DNA from: Syntrophales bacterium
GTDB taxonomy: Bacteria; Desulfobacterota; Syntrophia; Syntrophales; UBA6807
Direction: 5' to 3'
DNA length: 64,000 nucleotides
Assembly (NCBI GenBank): GCA_040767195.1
Contig: JAXGPA010000002.1
Coordinates: 128,001 to 192,000 of the forward strand
Under the pieces are notes generated by a model. The model had not been told where the DNA came from. It ran no database searches and worked only from the letters and a program-made list of their open reading frames with translations. Positions 55,035 through 64,000 of this stretch are shown here, piece by piece; positions within the stretch are counted from its first letter, which is position 1; every line of letters begins with the position of its first letter. The position numbers were made by a program, and so were the translations under genes.

Positions 55035-55796
55035 ATGACGAAAACAGTGAAGCCATGGGCCGGGGTAATCCTGGCGGTTGTCGTCGTTCTTTTTTCCCTG
55101 GGGGGATGCACCCCCTACGAGCGGAAAGTGGTCCCCTTCAAGATGCCGGCGGCCTACCCCAACGCCACGGAAGCGGCCGGGGCCACCCTCGCCTCGGTGG
55201 CCTACGACGAAACGGGGAAAGCTTCGGAAGCCTTCGGTTTCGACATCCTGAGCGCCGGGGTCGTTCCCGTCCAGGTGATCTTCGACAACCGGGGAAGCCA
55301 CCCCCTGGAGATCGTGCCGAAAACGACCTTCCTGGTGGACGAGGAAAACAACCTGTGGCCGATCCTCGACGCCGGGCTGGCCTATGACCGCATATCCAGG
55401 AAGACGGAACTGGGCAAGGTGGCCCCCGAGTCGGCCAAATCGGGATTTCTCGCCGGAACGGCGGGGGCCCTCATCGGGGCGGCCATCGGCATTGTCACGG
55501 GCCACAACGTGGGTGACGCGGTCCTGAAGGGCGCCGCCGTCGGCGCGGCGGCGGGAGCCACGGTGGGCGGGGCGGCGGCCCTGGACAACAGCGACGTCCG
55601 GCGCCAGATCCGGGAGGACCTGGCGAACCGCTCCCTGGAGACGCGGGCGGTGGCCCCGGGCGAGATCGCTTACGGGTTCCTGTTCTTCCCCGGGGAATCG
55701 AAAAAAGCGAAGGAGCTCCGCCTCACTCTCAGGGAGGGGGACACAGGAACCGTCGTTCCCCTCGTTCTCGACCTGGATCGGAGGGAAAAGCCATGA
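55035..55796 (+). CDS. Lipoprotein with a glycine-zipper segment
   Basis: LGGC lipobox; GALIGAAIG...GAAVGAAAGATVGG. Confidence 0.8.
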   Translation: MTKTVKPWAGVILAVVVVLFSLGGCTPYERKVVPFKMPAAYPNATEAAGATLASVAYDETGKASEAFGFDILSAGVVPVQVIFDNRGSHPLEIVPKTTFLVDEENNLWPILDAGLAYDRISRKTELGKVAPESAKSGFLAGTAGALIGAAIGIVTGHNVGDAVLKGAAVGAAAGATVGGAAALDNSDVRRQIREDLANRSLETRAVAPGEIAYGFLFFPGESKKAKELRLTLREGDTGTVVPLVLDLDRREKP

Positions 55797-56461
55797 CGGG
55801 ACGTATCGCCGCCTCCATTCTCTCGGCCGACTTCAGCCGTCTCGGCGATGAAATCCGCGATGTCGTGGCGGCCGGAGCCGACTGGATTCACGTGGATGTC
55901 ATGGACGGCCGGTTCGTCCCCAACATCACCATCGGCCCCCCCGTGATCCGATCCATCCGGAAAGCGACGGAACGGTTTTTCGACGTTCACCTCATGATCG
56001 ATGCCCCGGAGCGGTTTATCGGCGATTTCGCGAAGGCGGGGAGCGATCTCATCACCGTCCACGGGGAAGGGGCGATCCACCTCCACCGGACCGTCTCCCT
56101 CATCCGGGAGGCGGGGTGCCAGGCGGGGGTCTCGCTGAATCCGGCCACGCCTTTCAGCCTCGTGGAGCCCATCCTCCCGGACGTGGACCTTCTCCTCATC
56201 ATGTCCGTGAACCCCGGGTTCGGCGGGCAGAAATTCATCGACGCGAGCCTCGCCAAGATACGCCAGGCGCGGGAGTACATCGACGCCCGGAAGCTTTCCG
56301 TTCTCATCGAGGTGGACGGGGGCATCGACCTGACGAACCTGAAACGGGTCCGGGATGCCGGGGCCGATGTGGTCGTTTCCGGTTCGGCCATCTTCGGGAA
56401 CCCGCCTTACGGCGAGGTTATCGGAAAGATGCGAGGCATCCTCGACAGCCCGCCCCTATAG
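55793..56461 (+). CDS. rpe: Ribulose-phosphate 3-epimerase
   Basis: SILSADF, HVDVMDG.FVPN, MSVNPGFGGQ, VDGG. Confidence 0.96.
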   Translation: MTGRIAASILSADFSRLGDEIRDVVAAGADWIHVDVMDGRFVPNITIGPPVIRSIRKATERFFDVHLMIDAPERFIGDFAKAGSDLITVHGEGAIHLHRTVSLIREAGCQAGVSLNPATPFSLVEPILPDVDLLLIMSVNPGFGGQKFIDASLAKIRQAREYIDARKLSVLIEVDGGIDLTNLKRVRDAGADVVVSGSAIFGNPPYGEVIGKMRGILDSPPL

Positions 56462-57487
56462 GGATTTCCCGGGGATGTTCTCCCGCCTGATCCGCTTCAG
56501 AAACCGGGCGACCAGGAGATCGACGGCGGTGCGGTAATCTTTTGCCAGGGGGTGGGACAGGGAAACCTTCCCGGCGGCGGCCATGTGATGTCCTCCCCCG
56601 GACCCGATTTTCGCCACCATTTTCTGGACGATCCAGTCCGAGTGCCCCCGGGGGTTGGCCGTCCTCAGGGAGAAATAGACCTCCCCGTTGTACTCCCCGA
56701 TGCTCAGCGCCCACCGGACCCCCTCCACGCGGACGAGAAGATCGGACATTTCCGCCAGGACGTCGGGGTTCTCGATGAATCCCAGTTCGCAGACCAGGGC
56801 GTCCTTGTAAATCACCGAGTTGTCGATGGCCTTTTCAAAGGTCTTGAAGTAGTCCCGGGGCAACTGGGGGTGTTCGATTTTCGAAAGGGTTTTGAACAGC
56901 ACCCGGGGATACAGAAAAACGAACGCTTCCCGGTCTTTCCCGCTGGCCCCCCTTCCCAGGTCCCGGGTGTCCGACTTTATCCCGTAAAAAAGGGCCGTGA
57001 TGATGCGACGGTCGATTCCCGGGATGTCCGCCTCCTTCAGGTATTCCGTCAGGATGGTGGACGTGCTCCCGTAGTCCGTCCGGATGTCGGAGAACTTGAC
57101 CCGGCGGGTCCGGGCCCGCACCGGCTCGTGGTGATCGATGACAATGGTCGGCTGGACGCCCCGGGGGAGGGAGTTGTTTCCCGCGCCGGGCTGGGTGTCC
57201 ACGAGGGCCAGGACAGGATACTGCTTGAAATTGACCTCCGACAGGGGCTTGATGTCCAGTTTCAGGTACCGGATCATGGCCTGGTTTTCCGAGCGCCCGA
57301 CAATGCCCCCGTAGGTGACGGTGGAAGGAACCCCCCATTTTTCGCGGAACAGGTACTTGAGCGCCGCCGCCGAGGCCAGCGCATCAGGGTCGGGATTGTT
57401 GTGAAGGGCGATGAGAACCTGCTTTTTCCCCTCGACGATTTTCTGCAGCTTGGCGAGGGGGGACTTGCCCTCTTCCGGTCCTTCCAT
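56456..57487 (-). CDS. DHH/DHHA1 phosphoesterase (NrnA-like)
   Basis: HNNPDPDA, VDT, IDHH, GIKSDT, GGGH. Confidence 0.88.
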   Translation of the reverse strand: MEGPEEGKSPLAKLQKIVEGKKQVLIALHNNPDPDALASAAALKYLFREKWGVPSTVTYGGIVGRSENQAMIRYLKLDIKPLSEVNFKQYPVLALVDTQPGAGNNSLPRGVQPTIVIDHHEPVRARTRRVKFSDIRTDYGSTSTILTEYLKEADIPGIDRRIITALFYGIKSDTRDLGRGASGKDREAFVFLYPRVLFKTLSKIEHPQLPRDYFKTFEKAIDNSVIYKDALVCELGFIENPDVLAEMSDLLVRVEGVRWALSIGEYNGEVYFSLRTANPRGHSDWIVQKMVAKIGSGGGHHMAAAGKVSLSHPLAKDYRTAVDLLVARFLKRIRRENIPGKSL

Positions 57488-57692
57488 GGCTCTTCCTCCT
57501 TCCATCGCCGCCGCGCGGCGCGGTCCTTGCCCGCCCCGGGAGAAACGCCGGGGAAAGGTGCCGGTCATTCTCGACGCCCACTTCCCCCCGGGGATATCCT
57601 GATTTTTTACCATAATACGATTCGCCGCGTCTTTCAACCATTGACGACTTTGTAAAAAGATCCATAGGCTGTGTTGCCCTTCATCCCCCGTC

Positions 57693-57743
57693 ATGAACAG
57701 GAAAGGGGGACAGGTTTCAAATCTGTCCCCCTTTCCTGTTCAT
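57693..57743. repeat. 21-bp perfect inverted repeat with a 9-nt spacer, in a divergent intergenic region
   Basis: ATGAACAGGAAAGGGGGACAG-GTTTCAAAT-CTGTCCCCCTTTCCTGTTCAT. Confidence 0.85.
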
Positions 57744-57869
57744 TCATCGGGATTTGGGCGCCTTGCGCCGCCTGGAAGGGCCCCTGTCCGGGTCTTTTCC
57801 CCCTTTACCATTGATTTCATGATCGCAAACCTTTATGAAAAGGGAAAACGCCTTCGAGAAAAAGAGCCG

Positions 57870-58406
57870 ATGCATCTCATCATCGACGGGTACAATCTGA
57901 TCCGCCAGTCCGACGGCCTTCGGGAAAAAGAGCGCCGGAGCCTCGAGGAGGGCCGGAAGGCCCTTCTTCGCCTGCTCGCCTTCTATCGCCGGGCCAAGCG
58001 CTGCAAGGTCACCGTCGTTTTCGACGGCTGGCAGGACGGCATGGGTCCCGAGGAACGGGACCGTCACGAGGGGATCACGGTGATCTACTCCCGGAGAGGG
58101 GAAAAGGCGGACGACGTGATCATCCGCCTCGCCGAAAAGAAAGGCGAAGACATGGTGGTCGTCACGTCCGACCGGTCGGTGGCGAAGGCGGCCGAATCCC
58201 GGGGGCACACGGCGGTGTCGTCGCCCGATTTCGCCGCCCGTCTGTTCATGGCTCATGAGCAAAACGATCGTGACGGGCTTCCCCCGGAAGAGGAGGACGA
58301 ACAGGAAGGGGCCGGAGCGACTCCATGGGGAACGAAGAAGAAAGGCCCCTCCCGGCGGCTTTCGAAAAAAGAGAAACAGTACCGGGCGAGGCTGAAAAAG
58401 CTCTGA
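57870..58406 (+). CDS. NYN-domain ribonuclease (YacP/Rae1-like)
   Basis: IIDGYNL, VVFDG, ADDVI, VTSDR; basic C-terminal tail. Confidence 0.88.
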   Translation: MHLIIDGYNLIRQSDGLREKERRSLEEGRKALLRLLAFYRRAKRCKVTVVFDGWQDGMGPEERDRHEGITVIYSRRGEKADDVIIRLAEKKGEDMVVVTSDRSVAKAAESRGHTAVSSPDFAARLFMAHEQNDRDGLPPEEEDEQEGAGATPWGTKKKGPSRRLSKKEKQYRARLKKL

Positions 58407-58490
58407 ACCGGAAAACGGCCCTTCCCCGCTACCCCCAACCCGTGCCCCCTCCCATGGGAGGCGTGAAAAAACACCAGGGAGAATACCCCT

Positions 58491-59681
58491 ATGACAGTCC
58501 GATTCCCGAAGGCGGCTCATTCCGCGGCTCTCGCCCGCCGTTTCCGGGGACTGGCCTCCGTCGCCCTTGCCGTTTTCTGGCTTTCCGCTTACGGGCCGGC
58601 GTGGGGGGACCCCCCGCCGGCCGGGAACACGCTCTGCGGCCTGCCGGCCCTGGAAAACATCCTCTCCCGCTACGAGCGGATCGCCGCCGGGGGCGGCTGG
58701 CCCCGGGTCCCCGACGGCCCCACGCTCCGTGAGGGAGACCGGAACGACCGCGTTCTGTTTCTGAAACGCCGTCTCGCGGCGGCAGGCGACATGGCGGAGA
58801 CAGAGGCCCGGGGAAACCGCTTCGACGGGCCCCTGAAGGAGGCCGTGCAGAGATTTCAGTCCCGCCACGGCCTCGAGGCGGACGGCCTGGTCGGGACCAG
58901 GACCCTGAGAGAGCTCAACACGCCCGTCGATGACCGGATCCGGCAGCTCACCGGCAACATGGAACGGTGCCGGCTCCTTCCGGTCCTGGAGGATCGGCGC
59001 CACATCGTCGTGAACATCGCCGACTTCACCCTCAAGCTTTACGAGGAAGGGACCCTCCGGCTCTTCATGCCCGTCATCGTCGGCACGACGTACCGGCAGA
59101 CCCCGGTGGTGAGCGGCCGGATCGCTTCCCTGGTTCTCAATCCCGAGTGGAATGTCCCCTTGAGCATCGCCACGGAGGACATGCTCCCCAGGATCAAAAA
59201 AGACCCCGGTTACCTGGCGCGGCAGGGCCTCCGGGTCCTGCAGGACTGGAAGACCGGAGAGGAGCTCGACCCGGCCGCCATCGACTGGGCCGGTCTTTCC
59301 CCGGAAGACTTCCCCTACTGGCTCCGCCAGGACCCCGGGCCGCAAAATGCCCTCGGCCGGGTTAAGTTCCTCTTTCCCAACCCCCATTACCTGTTCCTTC
59401 ACGACACCCCGGCGCGGGAGCAGTTCGATAAAAACGAACGTCTCTTCAGCTCCGGCTGCATCCGGCTGGCGAGGCCCCTGGGGCTTGCCGTCTACCTGCT
59501 CCAGGGCACGACCCTGGGTTCCATGGAGGCCCTCGCCGCCGCCATCGAGGAAGGGGAAACGGTGACCGTGGACATCCCGTCGCCCATGGCCATTTACATC
59601 GTCTACCTGACCGCCTGGGTCGATCCCGGGGGAACCGTTCAGTTTCGGAACGACGTGTACAACCGGGACGGCGACCCCTGA
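58491..59681 (+). CDS. L,D-transpeptidase with a peptidoglycan-binding domain (YcbB-like)
   Basis: FQSRHGLEADG, VNIA, NPEWNVP, NALGRVKF.FPN, LHDTP, SSGCIR. Confidence 0.9.
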   Translation: MTVRFPKAAHSAALARRFRGLASVALAVFWLSAYGPAWGDPPPAGNTLCGLPALENILSRYERIAAGGGWPRVPDGPTLREGDRNDRVLFLKRRLAAAGDMAETEARGNRFDGPLKEAVQRFQSRHGLEADGLVGTRTLRELNTPVDDRIRQLTGNMERCRLLPVLEDRRHIVVNIADFTLKLYEEGTLRLFMPVIVGTTYRQTPVVSGRIASLVLNPEWNVPLSIATEDMLPRIKKDPGYLARQGLRVLQDWKTGEELDPAAIDWAGLSPEDFPYWLRQDPGPQNALGRVKFLFPNPHYLFLHDTPAREQFDKNERLFSSGCIRLARPLGLAVYLLQGTTLGSMEALAAAIEEGETVTVDIPSPMAIYIVYLTAWVDPGGTVQFRNDVYNRDGDP

Positions 59682-59733
59682 CGCCGCCCCGGGAACGGCG
59701 CTCCCGGCCCGGCATTGACGAAACATTTAGATG

Positions 59734-59762
59734 TTGACGCCACCCCGGTCTTTCCCTATACT
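59734..59762 (+). promoter_or_regulatory. Sigma70-type promoter of asd
   Basis: TTGACG-N17-TATACT. Confidence 0.65.
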
Positions 59763-59806
59763 TTTTCGCTGACATGGGACCAAAGAAAGGAGCCGAAAAG
59801 GGAATC

Positions 59807-60910
59807 ATGAGGAAAGTGGGTATCATCGGATGGCGGGGGATGGTGGGTTCCGTTCTCATGGAACGGATGACCGGGGAAGGCGATTTCCGGCACTTCGAGC
59901 CGGTTTACTTCACCACGTCACAGGTGGGCCAGGCGGGTCCCGACGGCGCGCCGCTCCTGGACGCTATGGATGTGAAGAAGCTGGCCGGTTTCGACATTCT
60001 CCTCACCTGCCAGGGAGGGGACTACACAAGCGCCGTTTTTCCCCGGCTGAAAGAGGCCGGCTGGAAAGGCTACTGGATCGACGCCGCCTCGTCCCTCCGG
60101 ATGAATGACGACGCCCTCATCGTCCTCGACCCGGTGAACCGGGCCGTCATCGACCAGGGCCTCGCCGGGGGCGTCCGGGTCTTTGCCGGCGGCAACTGCA
60201 CCGTGAGCCTCATGCTCATGGCCCTCTCGGGCCTCTTCAGGGCGGGGGAGGTGGAGTGGATCTCCTCCATGACCTACCAGGCCGCTTCAGGCGCCGGGGC
60301 CAACCACATGAAGGAACTGGCCGCCCAGATGCAGTCCCTGGGGCTCGCCGTGGCGGGCGACCTGGAGAACCCCGCCTCGACAGCCCTGGAAATGGAGAAG
60401 ACCCTCATCGGAACGATGCGGGCCGGCGTCCTGCCGCAGAAATTTTTCGGGGCTCCGCTGGCGGCCAGCCTCATTCCCTGGATCGACCGGGCCGTGGAGG
60501 ACGGCCAGACCCGGGAAGAGTGGAAAGGCTACGCCGAAACGAACAAGATCCTCGGCACCGCCCGCCCCATTCCCGTGGACGGGATCTGCGTCCGCGTGGG
60601 GGCCATGCGCTGCCACAGCCAGGGGCTCACCGTCAAGCTGAAGCGGGACATCCCCCTGGCCGACCTGGAAACACTCATCGCCGCGGACAACGAGTGGGTG
60701 ACGGTGGTTCCCAACACCCGGGAGGCCACGGTGGCCGGCCTCACGCCGACGGCCGTTTCCGGGACCCTGGCGGTGCCCGTGGGCCGGCTCCACAAGCTCA
60801 AGATGGGGCCCGACTTTCTCGGCGCCTTCACGGTGGGGGACCAGCTCCTGTGGGGAGCGGCGGAACCCCTTCGAAGGATGCTCCGGATCCTCCTGGATTT
60901 CCTGGGCTGA
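59807..60910 (+). CDS. asd: Aspartate-semialdehyde dehydrogenase
   Basis: [43 protein letters not shown]. Confidence 0.96.
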   Translation: MRKVGIIGWRGMVGSVLMERMTGEGDFRHFEPVYFTTSQVGQAGPDGAPLLDAMDVKKLAGFDILLTCQGGDYTSAVFPRLKEAGWKGYWIDAASSLRMNDDALIVLDPVNRAVIDQGLAGGVRVFAGGNCTVSLMLMALSGLFRAGEVEWISSMTYQAASGAGANHMKELAAQMQSLGLAVAGDLENPASTALEMEKTLIGTMRAGVLPQKFFGAPLAASLIPWIDRAVEDGQTREEWKGYAETNKILGTARPIPVDGICVRVGAMRCHSQGLTVKLKRDIPLADLETLIAADNEWVTVVPNTREATVAGLTPTAVSGTLAVPVGRLHKLKMGPDFLGAFTVGDQLLWGAAEPLRRMLRILLDFLG

Positions 60911-60916
60911 TCCCCT

Positions 60917-62299
60917 TCAGCGGCAGACGTCGAGAAGAAAGCGTTCCAGCAGGATCGCCGGGTCCTTCCCCGTCGTTTTCATCTCCAGGTCCATGCCGGC
61001 GAGGCGGTCGAAAAAACCGGCGGCCTCCTCGCGGCTGAACTGCAGGGCGCTTCGAAAGGCCTGGAAAATGACGTAGGGATGCTGGCCGGGAAGACCGCCC
61101 TCCTTCCCGCCCCTTGTCGCCCCGAGGCTTTTGATCCCGGGGTAAAGGGACTGCTGGAAGGCCCGGTAATCGACGCCGCCGGTGAACCGCACCAGGCCGC
61201 GGTCCAGCAGGATCCGGGCATGGAGGATGTTTCGGATCTCCCGGGCCACCATGGCGAAGATCATGACAGGAGGCTCCCCCCTCCGGAGGAGGGCGTCCAG
61301 GGCTTTCAGCGCCTGTAGGGCGTCCCGCTGGGCCAGGGCGCCGGTAAGATCGAAAACGGAGAACGCCTTCGTATCCGCCGCCAGGGACGCCACATCTTCC
61401 ACGTTCACCTCGTCCCGTTCCCCGGCCAGGGAAAAGAGGCTCTCCAGGACCGTCACGGCCTCGGCGAGGCGATGCCCCGTCTTTTCACCCAGGACGTCCA
61501 GGGCGTCTTTGGTGATCCTTTTTCCCCGGCTCCCCGCGTAATCCAGGGCCACCCTGCGGAACTTCTCCCTTACCCGCGCCTCGCCCTTTTCCTTGTCAAA
61601 GGCCAGGACGGCCCCCTCCCGGGCCATGAGCTGGTAGAGCTTTTTTCTCCGGTCCACCGAGAGGGCGGAAAGGACGAGGACGTGGCCCGGCGGAAGGCCC
61701 CGCTCCAGGATCTCTTCCAGCCGGCCCTCCGCCGCCGGTCCCGTTGCCACCTTGCGGCCCGTGGCCTTCACCTGCTCCAGGATGGGAGGAAGCCACTTTT
61801 CCACGGACGCCGGATCTTCCACGCCGGCCGTCTTTTTCCACGTCTCGGGAGGGATGGACCGCCAGTTCCCGTCCTGGAGGTCCTCCAGGGACCATCCCGT
61901 CATCCGGAGAAAGGCGGAAAAGGGCCTGAAGACCCGGGAAAGGTCTTTTTTCCCTTCCACCTGCGTTTCCATTTCCCGGACCAGGGCGGGCAGGGTGGTC
62001 CTCGATTGAAAAAGGGTGGTGTTCCTCACGGCGACGACCTTCCGTCCCGGCAGGAGGGGAAGGGCGAGGAGGGACTGGCAGAGGGCGGCGACCCCCGTTT
62101 CGTCCCCGTCCATAAGGACGAGATTCATTTTCCGGTCTTTTTCCGGAAGGAGGGCCTCGAGAACCCGCTGAAAGGTCTCCTGGACGAGGTACTCCTCCTC
62201 CCCGTGAATGAGAATGCGGGAGGGGACGTCCCCTTTCCCGATCCGCCCCAGGAGGGATTTCAGGCTTGCCGTTTTTTTCGTCCCGTCGGGAGAGGTCAT
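60917..62299 (-). CDS. holA: DNA polymerase III delta subunit
   Basis: LIHGEEEYL, VDRRKKLY, VFDLTGAL, D.EMKT. Confidence 0.85.
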   Translation of the reverse strand: MTSPDGTKKTASLKSLLGRIGKGDVPSRILIHGEEEYLVQETFQRVLEALLPEKDRKMNLVLMDGDETGVAALCQSLLALPLLPGRKVVAVRNTTLFQSRTTLPALVREMETQVEGKKDLSRVFRPFSAFLRMTGWSLEDLQDGNWRSIPPETWKKTAGVEDPASVEKWLPPILEQVKATGRKVATGPAAEGRLEEILERGLPPGHVLVLSALSVDRRKKLYQLMAREGAVLAFDKEKGEARVREKFRRVALDYAGSRGKRITKDALDVLGEKTGHRLAEAVTVLESLFSLAGERDEVNVEDVASLAADTKAFSVFDLTGALAQRDALQALKALDALLRRGEPPVMIFAMVAREIRNILHARILLDRGLVRFTGGVDYRAFQQSLYPGIKSLGATRGGKEGGLPGQHPYVIFQAFRSALQFSREEAAGFFDRLAGMDLEMKTTGKDPAILLERFLLDVCR

Positions 62300-62494
62300 G
62301 AGAGTCCCCGGTTCGGCCCCTGGCGGGCTTTTTTCCCCTCGCGGAAAGCCGAACCCATTTTCCGGGCGGGTTTGCGGAAAGAGCCGGAGAAAGGGTGCCC
62401 GGGTTTCGGAGAACGCGGAACCGCCCGCGGCGGCCTGCCGTCGCGGGCGGTGTGAGATTTAACGCGGCTTGTGATGCGTCTGTTTACGGAGCCG

Positions 62495-63148
62495 TCACAG
62501 GACGACATACTTCTGGATGTGCCTGAGGGCCTTTTTCGGATCGTCGATGACCTGGACGAGGTCCATGTCTTCCGGCGAGATCTTCTTTTCCTTCAACATG
62601 GTCTTCCGCATCCAGGTCAGGAGCCCTCCCCAGTAGTCGCTTCCCATGAGAACCACGGGAAAGCTCCGGATCCGTTTCGTCTGGATCAGGGTGAGGGCCT
62701 CGAAAAGCTCGTCCATGGTGCCGAAGCCCCCGGGCAGGATGACGTAGGCCACGGCGTACTTGACGAACATGACCTTCCGGATGAAAAAATACTTGTAGTC
62801 GATGCTGACGTTGGAAAAGGGGTTGGGCTTCTGTTCAAAAGGGAGATGGATGTTCATCCCGACGGAGAGGCCGCCCCCCTCCGCCGCGCCCTTGTTGGCC
62901 GCCTCCATGATGCCCGGCCCGCCCCCCGTTATGACACTGAAACCGTTCAGGGCGAGGAGCTTCGACAGCTCTTCCGTTTTCTGGTACCACGGGTCTTCCG
63001 GGGTCACCCGGGCGGACCCGAAAACACTGACGGCGTGCCCGACCTGGGACAGTTCCTCGATGGATTCCACGAACTCGGCCATGATGCGGAAGATCCGCCA
63101 TGACTCCTCCATGGAGAGGGCATCCACGAGGTATTGCTTTTCCGCCAT
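62495..63148 (-). CDS. LOG family protein (TIGR00730)
   Basis: FGSAR, TGGGPGIMEAAN, YFFIRK, PGGFGTMDE. Confidence 0.92.
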   Translation of the reverse strand: MAEKQYLVDALSMEESWRIFRIMAEFVESIEELSQVGHAVSVFGSARVTPEDPWYQKTEELSKLLALNGFSVITGGGPGIMEAANKGAAEGGGLSVGMNIHLPFEQKPNPFSNVSIDYKYFFIRKVMFVKYAVAYVILPGGFGTMDELFEALTLIQTKRIRSFPVVLMGSDYWGGLLTWMRKTMLKEKKISPEDMDLVQVIDDPKKALRHIQKYVVL

Positions 63149-63155
63149 GGTTTTC

Positions 63156-63347
63156 TCAGAAGCGTCTTCGTTTGCGGGCTTTCGCCATTCTGCGACGGGC
63201 TTCGAGGGCTTTTCTCTTGCGCTTTACCGACGGTTTCTCATAGGCCCTTCGGAGCTTCAGTTCCTTGAAAAGACCGTTCTTGGAAAGTTTGTTCTTCAGG
63301 ATCTTGAGCGCTTTTTCGACGTCGTTGTCGATGACCTTGACCTCCAA
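63156..63347 (-). CDS. rpsU: 30S ribosomal protein S21 (TTG start)
   Basis: VEKALK.LK, YEKPSVKRKRK. Confidence 0.93.
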   Translation of the reverse strand: MEVKVIDNDVEKALKILKNKLSKNGLFKELKLRRAYEKPSVKRKRKALEARRRMAKARKRRRF

Positions 63348-63472
63348 AAATATCCCTTCCTTTCCTTCTGCATTCCATAACCCTGCGGGAACCGCAGGGA
63401 TCCTCCCTATGACAGCGCACGGCGCTTGTCAACTAAAATCTTTCAGTCCCGGGCTTCGTTTTTCAATCGGGA

Positions 63473-64000
63473 TTACTCGGGGACACCGGCCGCGTGGCGG
63501 AGCGTTTCGATAAAAAGCCGGTTTTCCTCTTTTTTCCCCACGGAAACCCTGAGGCAGCGACGGAGCGCCTCGGGCGCGGAAAACGCCTTCACCAGAATGC
63601 CCCGTTCCACTAATGTTTTATATAACCTATCTTTGTCGAGATCACAACTAAAAAGGATGAAATTGGCGTCGGAAGGCCAGGGCTTGATCCCGGGGATCCG
63701 TTTCAGCTCTTCGAAAAGAAGTTTCCGCTCTGCCACGATGTCCCGGACCTGCCGGTCCAGCTCTTCCCCGTGATCCAGGAGGGCCGTCCCCACGGTCTGG
63801 GTCAGGGCGTTCAGGTTGTAGGGAAGGCGGACCTTGTTCAACTCCCGGAGAAGGTCGGGGGCGCCGACGAGAACGCCCAGCCTGAGGGCGGCGAAACCGA
63901 GCTTGGAGAAGGTCCGCAGGATCACCAGGTTTTCCCGTTCCCGGACCTCCGGGAGAAAGGTGTCGCCGGAAAAGTGGAAATAGGCTTCGTCGACCACCAC
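63473..64000 (-). CDS. hisC: Histidinol-phosphate aminotransferase, 5' partial
   Basis: VDEAY, RTFSK, LRLG, RLPYN, SDANF, LRVSVG. Confidence 0.88.
   Translation of the reverse strand: MVVDEAYFHFSGDTFLPEVRERENLVILRTFSKLGFAALRLGVLVGAPDLLRELNKVRLPYNLNALTQTVGTALLDHGEELDRQVRDIVAERKLLFEELKRIPGIKPWPSDANFILFSCDLDKDRLYKTLVERGILVKAFSAPEALRRCLRVSVGKKEENRLFIETLRHAAGVPE

Noticed and set aside
60917..62299. Oversized HolA (460 aa) as an intein or fusion
   Set aside because: No intein terminal motifs; more likely a lineage-specific insertion.
166..63800. Many long antisense or alternate-frame ORFs (e.g. 228-1718, 23247-25094, 36437-38137, 40928-42775, 57744-59726)
   Set aside because: They shadow well-supported genes, carry no recognisable motifs, and are expected from high GC3 codon bias.
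1..64000. CRISPR array, tRNA/rRNA, IS, integrase or prophage
   Set aside because: No spaced direct repeats, cloverleafs, rRNA-length matches, or transposase/phage ORFs were seen by eye.

Overview
GC-rich bacterial chromosome segment, about 59 CDS and almost all housekeeping or metabolic. No rRNA, tRNA, CRISPR array, prophage or IS was seen. Gene content points to an anaerobic syntrophic fatty-acid oxidiser, Syntrophales-like by inference. The main block (21.8-44.5 kb) has acyl-CoA ligases, two thiolases, Hbd, Crt, an acyl-CoA dehydrogenase, FadL, a membrane FeS/CCG oxidoreductase (DUF224/EMO type), EtfAB, AMP-forming Acs and a porin. The strongest signals outside the gene list are: (1) an unannotated Leu/Ile-rich leader peptide with terminator and antiterminator before a four-subunit 2-oxoacid:ferredoxin oxidoreductase, suggesting a biosynthetic role; (2) a class III RNR (NrdD) homologue that keeps its glycyl-radical and Zn motifs but appears to lack the finger-loop cysteines, next to a SAMHD1-like HD protein; (3) an 18-nt complement of the 16S rRNA 3' end inside the structured porin 5' leader, far from any start codon; (4) a probable ATC start for hflX; (5) an adenylation-degenerate acyl-CoA ligase heading the beta-oxidation operon; (6) a three-gene CsgG/FlgO-like plus TPR lipoprotein cluster. 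All family calls come from motif recognition, not database searches.
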